Below, piece by piece: positions 8,424 to 17,247 of a stretch of 64,000 nt of DNA. Made by a program: the position numbers and the translations under genes. The notes under the pieces are model-generated. The model worked only from the letters and a program-made list of their open reading frames with translations. It searched no databases and was not told the DNA's origin. The stretch comes from Bacteroidota bacterium (GTDB taxonomy: Bacteria; Bacteroidota; Rhodothermia; Rhodothermales; Bin80): NCBI GenBank assembly GCA_028873925.1, contig JAPPNA010000038.1, positions 20,013-84,012 of the forward strand. The letters are read 5' to 3'. Each line of letters opens with the position of its first letter. The first letter of the stretch is position 1.

Positions 8424-11400
8424 CGTTCAGCTCCCGGGCGGAGTAAAAGCCCTGTCGTTCCTGCGTCTGCTGCCGCACCTGTGCGACTTCCACGGCAGCG
8501 ATTGGGGAAGCGCGGTTGCCAAATGCATTCCGCACGTAGGTCAGGACCGCCGCGATCTCCTCATCGGTAAGCAGATTGCGGAAGGGGGTCATGGGCACCT
8601 GTCCGGGATAGACGGTTCCGTTTACTTCAATGGGGCCGATCAGGCCATCCAGCGTGATTCGGATCAGCCGCCCTGTGTCACCGGTCACCCAGTCCGCACC
8701 GGCCAGCGGCGGAAATCCGGCCGCGGGCAGGCCCGTTCCGTCACGCAGGTGGCAGGTTCCGCAGAAGCTGTCCCGGCGATAGATCTCCCGCCCGGCCGTG
8801 TATTGCATCTGCACCTCCCCTTCCAAGTCCTCCGGGATTTGATCGTCTGGAGACTGCGTCTGGACCGTTTCTCCTTTGAGGTGCGCCAGGGCTGTTACCG
8901 ACACATTGATGCTCCAGCGGTCCAACAGGTGCCGACTGGCTTCCTCCACTACGGGAACGCCTACGTCCGGCGTTTGCCAGGATGCGGCCACCATGGCTTC
9001 CAACCGTACGCGACCATGCGGATCCGCGGCCATTCGAAGCAGTTTTTCCGGCTGGCTGTCCAACTGCGGATTATAGCGCAGTACCCGAACGGCCGCGGCC
9101 CGTGCCCGATAGTCCTCCGCCTCCATCAGCCTGCCGAGCAGGTCCTCATCGACCCTGTTAAGGCCCCAGGTCACCCATAGAGCTTCCAGCAGGTGGTGTT
9201 CGTAGCGCGAATCTTCGGAATCCAGGGCCTCCACCCAAGTACTCAGCAGCGGCAGCACCTCGGAGGCCGGATATCCACGCAGGGCCCTCCGCGTACGATA
9301 TCGGCTCCGGTATTCCGGCAGCTTCAGATTCTCCAGCAGCTCTTCTATAGATGCGTCCGCAATTCGGGCAGGCTCCACCAGCGGGCGAGCCGGGTAGGTG
9401 ACCCGGTAAATGCGCCCGTGCGCATGATCCCGCAGCGGATCCCGGGCACTGTGCTGCATGTGACCTATCAGGATGTTGTGCCAATCCACAAAGTACAACG
9501 AGCCATCGGGCGCAAATTCCAGGTCCACCGGCCGAAAATTGCCATCACTGCTCTGCACCAGATCTTGCCGGTGCCGACTGGCAAAGCCGGTGCCCTCATC
9601 ATAGAAGGCGTGCTGCTTCATGCCCAGAAACCCGATCGTGTTATTGATCAGCAGGTCGCCCTGTACCTCATCCGGGAAGTGCCGGCTGGAGACAAATTCA
9701 ATGCCGGAGGTGGGTCGGACGCGGTGTGCATCTTCGATCAGATTGAAGGACTTGTGTACCGCGATGCCATACCGCGGCCGGACCGTACCGGGCAGCAACC
9801 ACCGGACATTCGGATCGGAAGTTTCAGTAAAAAACGGCTGCCCCCAGTTGTCAAACGTAATCCCCCAGGGGTTGGGGATGGAAAGCTGCGCCGTACGTTC
9901 CAGATGATGGTGCACAGGATTGAAGCGGAAGAATCCGCCGTTGGTGCCTCTCACCGGTCCATAAGCGGTCTCCACATTGGAATGCAGAAACACCCCTTCA
10001 GCCATGTATATGGCCCCCGACGGATCCGCCGTAAAGGCGCTGATCACATGGTGTGTATCGTGGTCGTCAAAGCCGCTGAGGATGATCTCCTTCGTGTCGG
10101 CCCGGTCATCGTTGTCGGTGTCGGCAAGCAGCACCAGGTTGGTGCCCTGGCTGACATATACTCCTCCGGGCGCAAACTCAAATCCTACAGGCAGATGCAG
10201 GCTGTCGGCCCAGACTATCTGGCGATCTGCTTTGCCATCATGGTCGGTATCCTCCAGGATCAGCAGCTTATCGTCAGGTTTGGGATCCCCCGGGCGCCAG
10301 TGCGGATAGCTGGGCATGGTGGACACCCAAAGGCGTCCCTGATTGTCAAACGACATCTGCACCGGGTTGGCGAGATCGGGAAATTCGACTTCGGAGGCAA
10401 ACAGCTCAATATGATATCCCGGGGCTACAGTCAGCCTCGCAATGGCCTCCTCGCCGTAGCGGTACCGGAGATCTCCGTTTTTCTCGTTGGGCACATAATT
10501 GGTCTCCACCTCGGGCAGCGTGCGTGTGAGCGCATCCGCCTGCGCCAGGTCTAGGACCTCCCCGCGAGCGGCATACCAGATGGCGGTATCCCGAATGGCG
10601 GTCATCTGGCGGATTTTTTCCAGTTCCGCAGGATAGTTATCCGGGCCGAACGGATTGTATCGGCGCCCGAAGACATGCACGCCGTTGGGAATCTTGAAGT
10701 CATTATGCCAGAGCCAGTTTTTCTCCTGCACAGCCGCGTGCACAGCCGTGCGCGGGACAGCTGCTGCAGCCTGTGGCGCGCTGAACAGCCTGTCGGCCAG
10801 CAGTTCAGCCAGCCGGAGATAGCCATCTTCTGTCAGCTGCGCCCCGTCGATGGTCAGCGGCTCGGAGGCCCGGCGGAACCACCGCGCTGTCGGAGAAAGC
10901 AAGTCAACAAACGGTACGCCTGTGCGCGAGGCCACGCGCTCAATGGCTTCTGCATAGAGCGACAGGTTGGCGTTTTCCGACCTGCCATCGGGCAGGTCCC
11001 GGGTATCGGACAGATTTTCAAAGGCGGCCGGAGAAACCAGCGCCAGCCGCGGCGGACCGACACCGTTGTATTGCTGTGCGAGGGTGTGTTGTGCTAAGGC
11101 TTCCAGTTCAGCCTCAAACGTTGCCAGCCCCTCGGGTCCGGCGAATGACTCATTATAGCCGAAGAAGGCCAGTATCACATCCGCCTCCAGACGGGTCAGC
11201 CACTCATCCGGCGTTTCAAAATGTCCCTGGCTGCCGGAGGGCTGAGCCAGCTCTGTCTGGAAGCTGTCCGCCCCCGGAAAGGCCCACGGCGATGTACGTC
11301 CGGGGTGGGGCCGGAATCCCGGGGTGTTGCCGCCATCGCACATATTGCGCAGAGTCAGCTGCAGCGCCGGATAACGCACATGGAGCTCTGTTTCAAAGTA

Positions 11401-11568
11401 CCCAAAGGACATCATGCGCGAGCACAGATTGCCGCCGATCAGCACCACGGTATCTCCACTGTGCAGCTCCAAGGTAGGACCCTGACTGTTGTATCCGCAG
11501 CCCATGACCATGAGCACGGGGAGTATCATCCAAGCCGTTGGCCCAGATTGCTTGTTTTCGATTAGCAT
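8413..11568 (-). CDS. Multidomain secreted protein: SGNH/GDSL-like module + membrane-bound-dehydrogenase-like beta-propeller + HEAT repeats + C-terminal c-type cytochrome (PVC-type haem-binding CxxCH protein)
   Basis: 1051 aa. Lipobox VMGCG. VVLIGGNLCSRM...ILAFFGYNESFAG (SGNH-like). NPVQMSFDNQGRLWVSTMPSYPHW (propeller). HGRVRLEAMVAASW (HEAT). CGTCHLRDGTGL...LAGADWV (haem c site). Its 3' end overlaps the start of the downstream sulfatase by 11 nt. Confidence 0.75.
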   Translation of the reverse strand: MLIENKQSGPTAWMILPVLMVMGCGYNSQGPTLELHSGDTVVLIGGNLCSRMMSFGYFETELHVRYPALQLTLRNMCDGGNTPGFRPHPGRTSPWAFPGADSFQTELAQPSGSQGHFETPDEWLTRLEADVILAFFGYNESFAGPEGLATFEAELEALAQHTLAQQYNGVGPPRLALVSPAAFENLSDTRDLPDGRSENANLSLYAEAIERVASRTGVPFVDLLSPTARWFRRASEPLTIDGAQLTEDGYLRLAELLADRLFSAPQAAAAVPRTAVHAAVQEKNWLWHNDFKIPNGVHVFGRRYNPFGPDNYPAELEKIRQMTAIRDTAIWYAARGEVLDLAQADALTRTLPEVETNYVPNEKNGDLRYRYGEEAIARLTVAPGYHIELFASEVEFPDLANPVQMSFDNQGRLWVSTMPSYPHWRPGDPKPDDKLLILEDTDHDGKADRQIVWADSLHLPVGFEFAPGGVYVSQGTNLVLLADTDNDDRADTKEIILSGFDDHDTHHVISAFTADPSGAIYMAEGVFLHSNVETAYGPVRGTNGGFFRFNPVHHHLERTAQLSIPNPWGITFDNWGQPFFTETSDPNVRWLLPGTVRPRYGIAVHKSFNLIEDAHRVRPTSGIEFVSSRHFPDEVQGDLLINNTIGFLGMKQHAFYDEGTGFASRHRQDLVQSSDGNFRPVDLEFAPDGSLYFVDWHNILIGHMQHSARDPLRDHAHGRIYRVTYPARPLVEPARIADASIEELLENLKLPEYRSRYRTRRALRGYPASEVLPLLSTWVEALDSEDSRYEHHLLEALWVTWGLNRVDEDLLGRLMEAEDYRARAAAVRVLRYNPQLDSQPEKLLRMAADPHGRVRLEAMVAASWQTPDVGVPVVEEASRHLLDRWSINVSVTALAHLKGETVQTQSPDDQIPEDLEGEVQMQYTAGREIYRRDSFCGTCHLRDGTGLPAAGFPPLAGADWVTGDTGRLIRITLDGLIGPIEVNGTVYPGQVPMTPFRNLLTDEEIAAVLTYVRNAFGNRASPIAAVEVAQVRQQTQERQGFYSARELNGGQ

Positions 11569-12058
11569 TGGTGTACGGCGGCTACTGAATCCAGACTAAA
11601 GTTAATGGAAGATTAGCGTTGCCGCACAGCTGCGGTTGCTCTATGCCGTCAGCCGGACGCACCTGAAGTTCTACATGCGACAGCCCAACAGGATGCCCCA
11701 AGTTGCGACCATTCAATAGTGGATTTCCCGCAACTGGCAGCCCCCACCCGGTGTAGCCTCAAATGGCGTTTTAGCCTGTGCCGGTAGGATCGCTTGGTCT
11801 GATGAATGCGTAGTGCATCGGACTTACAGATCCCGACCGAGCTGCGCCCGGTGGAGAGTAATTTGTATCGGCATCCTATTGAACTTCCTGGTCTCGTTCT
11901 GGATCATCCCCATGTAGCGACCATCTCGGGGGCAGCCCGGACTATCGCGGGTCAACCCGCCCGCGCCAGCAGCAGGAGCGGACGGGGGATCCATCGGCCC
12001 GCAACGACGAATAGTGCGCAAGTTGGCGATGGTGTGGTTAGATTTAAGCCCACTCTGA

Positions 12059-12916
12059 TTGACATCCGCTATGGCTAAGATCTGTTACGCATTTCTGCTG
12101 CTGATTCTCATGGCACCGGGGGCGCGGGCGCAGGATGCGCCGCGGCCCACGGAAACCGTCAAGCTGCTCGTGCCCTATCTGGAATCTGCGCCGACTGTTG
12201 ACGGGATGCTGGAGGACTGGAAAGACTATGCCTTTAATGATGGCCTGTGGGACATCAATCGGCTGCGGCATACGTTCTGGTATGATGACGGGCGCCGCAA
12301 TCGGCTCACCGACCACGGCGACGAGCCGCATCCAACTGACGACCTGCAGGCTAGGTACTACATCGCCTGGGATGACACTCATCTGTATTTCGGAGCGGAA
12401 GTCCAGGACAATGTGAATGATGTGGACGGCGGCAATGATGTGCCTCGCAGCTGGTATCTGAAGGACAGCATCTGCTTCTTCGTTGAAGCACCCCGGGATG
12501 AAGCCCCGGAATGGTTTGGCCAAGGCGACAACGCCTTCTGCTTCGTCATTGATGGCACCTACCCGGATCACGGTGCCTGGTGGCGTCACGGAGCACCCGG
12601 CGAGGCCTATCTGGAAGAGCAGATCCCTGATGATGCGGTTGAATATGCGCTGAGATTCAATCCGTGGGGTACAGGAGAAGCGGACTTTGTCCTTGAGGCC
12701 CGCGTGAACATGGCCACCACGCTCGGTGTGAGCGACAACCGGTGGCAAAACCCGGTCATTGGAGATGTCTACGGCTTGGAAATTGTCCACTGCGACCCGG
12801 ATGGCGGTGATTACGGTGGCCACTTTATGATTTACGGCACCGGCGATGATGACGCGACTTGGGGCCGCATGATCCTTACCGGCCCCCAGAGGCCCATTGA
12901 ACGCCGGGATAGCTGA
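12059..12916 (+). CDS. Secreted carbohydrate-binding family 9 (CBM9/DOMON-like) domain protein
   Basis: 285 aa with signal peptide (LLLILMAPGARAQD). APTVDGMLEDWKDYAF and YYIAWDDTHLYFGAEVQD resemble the CBM9-like sugar-binding fold. The antisense 299-aa ORF was rejected. Confidence 0.55.
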   Translation: MTSAMAKICYAFLLLILMAPGARAQDAPRPTETVKLLVPYLESAPTVDGMLEDWKDYAFNDGLWDINRLRHTFWYDDGRRNRLTDHGDEPHPTDDLQARYYIAWDDTHLYFGAEVQDNVNDVDGGNDVPRSWYLKDSICFFVEAPRDEAPEWFGQGDNAFCFVIDGTYPDHGAWWRHGAPGEAYLEEQIPDDAVEYALRFNPWGTGEADFVLEARVNMATTLGVSDNRWQNPVIGDVYGLEIVHCDPDGGDYGGHFMIYGTGDDDATWGRMILTGPQRPIERRDS

Positions 12917-12961
12917 TCTTGCGAACGTTACTTCTCTCATCAACTCATTTTCCTTAGATCC

Positions 12962-13966
12962 ATGATGAACCGAATTGCCGCCTGCCTGATTTTGGTCCTA
13001 ACGACCGGAGTCGCAGTCCAGGCCCAGGACGCTGCGGAGCCCTTCCTTGGCCGCTGGTCGCTGCATCTACCCGGCGGGGCCGGATGGCTGGAAGTACAGG
13101 ATATAGATGGCTTCCTGGATGCCTCGTTGTTGTGGTATGGCGGGAGTGTCCTGCCGGTCGCGAGTGTCAACGTAACAGACAATACACTCACGGTGACGCG
13201 CACCCGTAGCGTCGAATTGGAACTGCCCGACGGATCCATGCGCAACCGTACGATAACCAACTCGCTGGTTATGCATCGCGATGGGGAGGGCCTTTCCGGA
13301 ACTGCCTATTTTCCTGGGGCACAGGGACGCGGCATGCGCACAACGGAATTTACCGGCGAACGCATCCAGGACTTACCTCCGGCCCCGGACCTGAGTCAGG
13401 CGCAGTTTGGAGAACCCATGGAACTGCTCAACGGCACGGACCTGACCGGCTGGTCTTTGATCAACCCCAACCAGACCAACGGGTTCAAAGCTGAAGACGG
13501 AATGCTGGTGAACGATCCTGTGCAGCCCGAAGATGGCAGCCATATCAGCTACGGTAATCTGCGTACCGATGCCGAGTTCAGTGACTTTCGACTCACGCTG
13601 GAAGTCAATGTGCCTGAAGGCAGCAACAGCGGCATATACCTGCGCGGTATCTACGAAATTCAGGTTGCGGACACATACGGCCGCGACAGCGATTCCCACC
13701 ATATGGGGGGTCTGTACAGCCGAATCGCCCCTTCATCAACGGTCGAAAAGCCCGCCGGTGAATGGCAGACCATGGATATCACACTGTACCAGCGCCACCT
13801 GACGGTTATCCTAAACGGTACCAACATCATCGATAACCAGCCTGTACTGGGCGTGACGGGGGGTGCCATGACAGCCGACGAGAGCTCGCCCGGTCCGATC
13901 TATCTTCAGGGCGATCACGGCAGAGTGTTGTACCGCAATCTTATCCTGACTCCCATCTTGCAGTAG
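12962..13966 (+). CDS. DUF1080 (3-keto-disaccharide hydrolase-like) domain protein, secreted
   Basis: 334 aa with signal peptide. GWSLINPNQTNGFKAEDGMLVN, SNSGIYLRGIYEIQVADTY and GPIYLQGDHGRVLYRNLILTPI match the DUF1080 pattern. Confidence 0.8.
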   Translation: MMNRIAACLILVLTTGVAVQAQDAAEPFLGRWSLHLPGGAGWLEVQDIDGFLDASLLWYGGSVLPVASVNVTDNTLTVTRTRSVELELPDGSMRNRTITNSLVMHRDGEGLSGTAYFPGAQGRGMRTTEFTGERIQDLPPAPDLSQAQFGEPMELLNGTDLTGWSLINPNQTNGFKAEDGMLVNDPVQPEDGSHISYGNLRTDAEFSDFRLTLEVNVPEGSNSGIYLRGIYEIQVADTYGRDSDSHHMGGLYSRIAPSSTVEKPAGEWQTMDITLYQRHLTVILNGTNIIDNQPVLGVTGGAMTADESSPGPIYLQGDHGRVLYRNLILTPILQ

Positions 13967-13975
13967 ATCCCCATC

Positions 13976-15313
13976 ATGGCACAGCATTTTCAAGTCAGTC
14001 GGCGGGATTTTCTGCGCACCAGTGCGCTGGGAACGGCGGCATTTTCGCTCGGTGCCGGCGCTCAGGCACAGAGCAAAGTTAATCCCAGTGACCGAATCAC
14101 GCTGGGCTTTATTGGAGCCGGAGCACGGGCCCATCAGTTGATTGAGCTCTTCAAGTTCTTCCCGGAGGTGGAAATTGTAGCCGCCTGTGATGCTTACAGC
14201 GGCCGACTGGAGCGCACCAAATCGCGTACCGAAGGGCGGGCGGACACCTATAAGGACTACCGCGATATCATTCAGCGCGACGATGTGGATGCGGTGGTAA
14301 TCTCCAGTCCTGATCACTGGCACTACCGGCATTCCGTAGATTCGCTGAACGCAGGCAAGCACGCCTACATTGAGAAGCCGATGACGTACACCTTTGAAGA
14401 GGGTGCCGGCATCATTGAGGCTCAGAAGAAAAACAACCTCACGGTACAGGTCGGCAGCCCGGGCCCCAGCGAAATACTGGTGCAGAAGGCCCGGCAGCTC
14501 ATCCGGGAGGGCAAGATTGGCCACGTCACGATGGTCCGAGGTGCTATGAATTGCAACACGGCCTCCGGTGCCTGGATTTATCCTATCCCGCCGGATGCGA
14601 CACCGGAGACTGTGGACTGGGACCTGTTTTTGGGTTCGGCTCCCAAACTACCCTATAATCCCGAGCGGTTTTTCCGCTGGCGCTGCTACAAAGACTATTC
14701 GGGTGGCATGTCCACCGATCTGTATGTACATACCTGCACCTCGATCAACCACATCATGGGATCTGGAATTCCCGAGAGCGTGATCGCCATGGGCGGTCTT
14801 TACCGGTGGCTGCTGTCGCGGGATGTACCGGATACGATTAACGCATCTCTGCGTTACAAAGAGGGCTTTATGGTGAGCTTAAGCGGGACATTCAACAACC
14901 GGCACGGCGAAGATGGCGGCCTCAGATTCCTGGGCACTGAGGGTACGCTGGCTTTCAGCGGCGGCCTTCGATTCATCCCGGAACGCATCAATGAGAGTAA
15001 TGGCTGGATTGTTGACAGCTGGCCTGAGGACCTTGCTGAAGCCTACTATGATGATCCCGGAATCGTGCATGAAGAGCGACCCAACTCGCGCCCCCCAAGC
15101 GTAGTGGAGGGCGAGGAAGTATATCATGCGGAGGGGCAGAACGGGATACTGGCGCATCTGCAGGAGTTCCTGGATGGCGTGCGAGAGGGTAATGCCACCA
15201 AGGAGGATGCCACCGTGGGGCACCACGCGGCAGCCTGCGCCCACATGATCAATACCGCTTTGGAAGAAGAGCGCACGGTCCACTGGGATGGTCAGTCGCT
15301 GGCGCTGAAGTGA
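13976..15313 (+). CDS. Gfo/Idh/MocA family oxidoreductase with twin-arginine signal
   Basis: 445 aa. TAT motif SRRDFLRTSALGTAAFSLGAGA. Rossmann ITLGFIGAGARAHQ. EKPMTYTFEEG motif. Confidence 0.88.
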   Translation: MAQHFQVSRRDFLRTSALGTAAFSLGAGAQAQSKVNPSDRITLGFIGAGARAHQLIELFKFFPEVEIVAACDAYSGRLERTKSRTEGRADTYKDYRDIIQRDDVDAVVISSPDHWHYRHSVDSLNAGKHAYIEKPMTYTFEEGAGIIEAQKKNNLTVQVGSPGPSEILVQKARQLIREGKIGHVTMVRGAMNCNTASGAWIYPIPPDATPETVDWDLFLGSAPKLPYNPERFFRWRCYKDYSGGMSTDLYVHTCTSINHIMGSGIPESVIAMGGLYRWLLSRDVPDTINASLRYKEGFMVSLSGTFNNRHGEDGGLRFLGTEGTLAFSGGLRFIPERINESNGWIVDSWPEDLAEAYYDDPGIVHEERPNSRPPSVVEGEEVYHAEGQNGILAHLQEFLDGVREGNATKEDATVGHHAAACAHMINTALEEERTVHWDGQSLALK

Positions 15314-15392
15314 TTCGGGATTGATGTCGCCGTAGTGCAGATCTGGCATGTGTCGGACAGCACCAGCTCCGGTCGGGCAGTCAAAACTAATC
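15242..15392 (+). repeat. Direct repeat copy A (authentic 3' end of the Gfo/Idh/MocA gene plus ~80 bp downstream)
   Basis: Aligns by eye with 17004..17155 in the same orientation. I counted 11 mismatches in the first 72 nt (~85% identity). Confidence 0.8.
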
Positions 15393-15593
15393 GGCATCAT
15401 GTGAATTAGCCGCTACCGGCTCCTGCGCGAAGCACTCAGGGTCTGCGCCACAGGAATATTTTCCGAGTTTTGATACCCACCTGAGCCTGATTATGGCCCG
15501 TTTTCTGTTGCAAAATAAGGATCATTCCCCACATGACAGCCAATTCTGGGTAGAATGTGCGTTGCATTCCCCACCTCGCGGTTCCCACCGTTT

Positions 15594-15962
15594 CTATAGC
15601 ACAGACTCCTCGGCATCGTCTTCTTGAAGAAGCCCCCGAAACGTGGGGTCGCCCACTACCACTACCACATATTCCCGTTCAATCTCACGGTGAAACCGCT
15701 CGGGTAACCGTGCCCAGTCCCTCGCCTCAACAAGAAACGGAATCATGGATTCCCGCACGGCCTCCTCAAAGTCCATCAGCCGGCCGATCGGAATCTTCCC
15801 AAGCCTCGGTCCCCGCAGCACAAGGTCAAGGTCACTCCCCTCATGACCTCGGCCGTTGACACGGCTGCCGTAGGCCCACACTTCAACACCCGGCAAATGT
15901 TGGCGGAACAGGGCTTCAAGCGCGCGCCGATGCCTGGCGGACAAGCGCAAAAGGTTAGGCAT
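15594..15962 (-). CDS. mntA: Minimal nucleotidyltransferase (MNT-type antitoxin of a HepT/MNT pair)
   Basis: WAYGSRVNGRGHEGSDLDLVL is the GS-x(9-11)-DxD NTase motif. The preferred start ATG 15962 overlaps the HepT stop in ATGCCTAA. The ORF track extends it to 16007. Confidence 0.8.
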   Translation of the reverse strand: MPNLLRLSARHRRALEALFRQHLPGVEVWAYGSRVNGRGHEGSDLDLVLRGPRLGKIPIGRLMDFEEAVRESMIPFLVEARDWARLPERFHREIEREYVVVVVGDPTFRGLLQEDDAEESVL

Positions 15963-16386
15963 CGTCCGGCCGTTCAATGACATCGGCGAGGGTCTTGGCA
16001 TCGCCAATAAAGGCCGGAAGCAGCTTCAGCGTCGCTTCCGCAAAGTCCTGGCCATAGTCGTGAGCCGTGAAGTTGCGGTTGTCGCGGTAGCGCAGCCATC
16101 GTTCGACCGTTTCACAGTCCATAAGGTCATGGCGAGCCGCGTGGCGGAACAGATCCTTGAAATGCAGGCGGTCCGCTTGGCGATTGCTCGCGAACCAGGC
16201 AGCGAGACGCTTGCGCAGCAGCTTTCCGCTTTGCTCAAGGACGAGTTCAAACTCTTTGACGCAGGCGGCGCGATAAATGTCGTACATGACATCGTCGCAG
16301 TCCTCCTGCCGTGTGATCCCCTCGAACGCTCGTTCGAGCGACACGATGCAGCGGCGCAGGAAGGTGGTGTTGATGCTCACTGCCAT
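15955..16386 (-). CDS. hepT: HEPN-domain protein, HI0074-family nucleotidyltransferase substrate-binding protein (HepT-type toxin)
   Basis: 143 aa. The overall pattern is HI0074-like ([16 protein letters not shown]). R-x4-H HEPN motif in [11 protein letters not shown]. 8-nt overlap with the downstream NTase gene. Confidence 0.78.
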   Translation of the reverse strand: MAVSINTTFLRRCIVSLERAFEGITRQEDCDDVMYDIYRAACVKEFELVLEQSGKLLRKRLAAWFASNRQADRLHFKDLFRHAARHDLMDCETVERWLRYRDNRNFTAHDYGQDFAEATLKLLPAFIGDAKTLADVIERPDDA

Positions 16387-16892
16387 CTGCCTCCGACCCC
16401 CGGCGGTCTCAGAGTCTCCGTGATCGCGGCTTCAAGCAGGGTGCCTCCGGCTTGCTGCTCGTGTAGTTCGGCACCCAGCCACTTCATTTTGTCCTCAAAC
16501 GGCTCACCATCGTCCTTCTGGGGCTCAGTGCCGACATTTCGGCCCGATATCAGCATATGGCCGCGCTTTCGGACCTCGGCCGGCCACTCGCCGCCCCAGT
16601 CCAATACGTTGAACGACGGATTGGCGAATATGAAGTCCGCTTTCAGGTCTGTATGGCGGTCGTTGTAGAAGCTGCCGCCGCGGATGGTCAGGTTAATCCT
16701 TGCGGGCCGCCGCATCGTGTAATTCGATAGGTCGCCCCTCGCTGCGCCGCCGGCGACATGGATGAACTCGACCGACTGCACAAACATACCGGAGGAGCAG
16801 CAGGAATCGTAATCGCGCCCCCGCTCGGCCATTGCCCACAGTTCGGCCTCATAGCCGATTGTGGCTCCACTGTTGATCTTCTTACCCACCAT
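16377..16892 (-). pseudogene. hsdM: Decayed type I restriction-modification methyltransferase (hsdM) remnant
   Basis: The 171-aa ORF keeps recognisable but degenerate HsdM motifs. [13 protein letters not shown] corresponds to [36 protein letters not shown] corresponds to ANPPFN. The HsdM C-terminal helix ([32 protein letters not shown]) is present. It lacks the N-terminal domain and most of the region after motif IV. Upstream similarity seems to continue in another frame towards ~16990. Confidence 0.65.
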
Positions 16893-17003
16893 CTTCTTTC
16901 GTTACCTTCGTTCTCAGGTTCCGGGGCCTCTCGATCGCTGGATAGTCCTCGCAAGATACGAGGTGTCAGGATATACGATTGGGCGCGATTCGTTGGGTGC
17001 GTC

Positions 17004-17155
17004 CATATGATCAATCCCGCTTTGGAGGAGGAGCGCACGGTCCACCCGGATGGTCAGTCAATGGCGCTGTGGTAATCCGGGATCTATGTGTCCAGACTGC
17101 AGATCCGGCGTGTGCTGGACAGCTACAGCTCCGACCAGACAGGCCGTAACTGATC
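17004..17155 (+). repeat. Direct repeat copy B (diverged pseudo-copy of the Gfo/Idh/MocA 3' end and downstream sequence)
   Basis: Encodes ...HMINPALEEERTVHPDGQSMALW*, compared with the authentic C-terminus ...HMINTALEEERTVHWDGQSLALK*. Similarity continues ~80 bp past the stop codon. Confidence 0.8.
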
Positions 17156-17247
17156 TGTACCATGGGCTTTCTGGGGCATAGTATGAATACTGAGTGCTGG
17201 ACCCTGCCATGATGTGTCCGTTGAATTGAGACCTACTCATGCATTTG

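Noticed and set aside
9193-10554. 453-aa plus-strand ORF, and similar long antisense ORFs at 7410..8183, 4984..5751, 12044..12943, 39119..39967, 41055..41969, 43508..44476, 48080..48853, 50093..50812, 50828..51847, 56782..57717 and 59775..60377
   Set aside because: Each lies entirely antisense to a gene with clear family motifs. Their products are Arg/Pro/Gly-rich with no recognisable motifs, as expected for stop-poor antisense frames in high-GC DNA.
16758-17075. 105-aa plus-strand ORF ending ...HMINPALEEERTVHPDGQSMALW
   Set aside because: Only its last ~24 codons are meaningful. They are the diverged duplicate of the Gfo/Idh/MocA C-terminus (repeat copy B). The rest is antisense to the hsdM remnant, so I treated it as a repeat rather than a gene.
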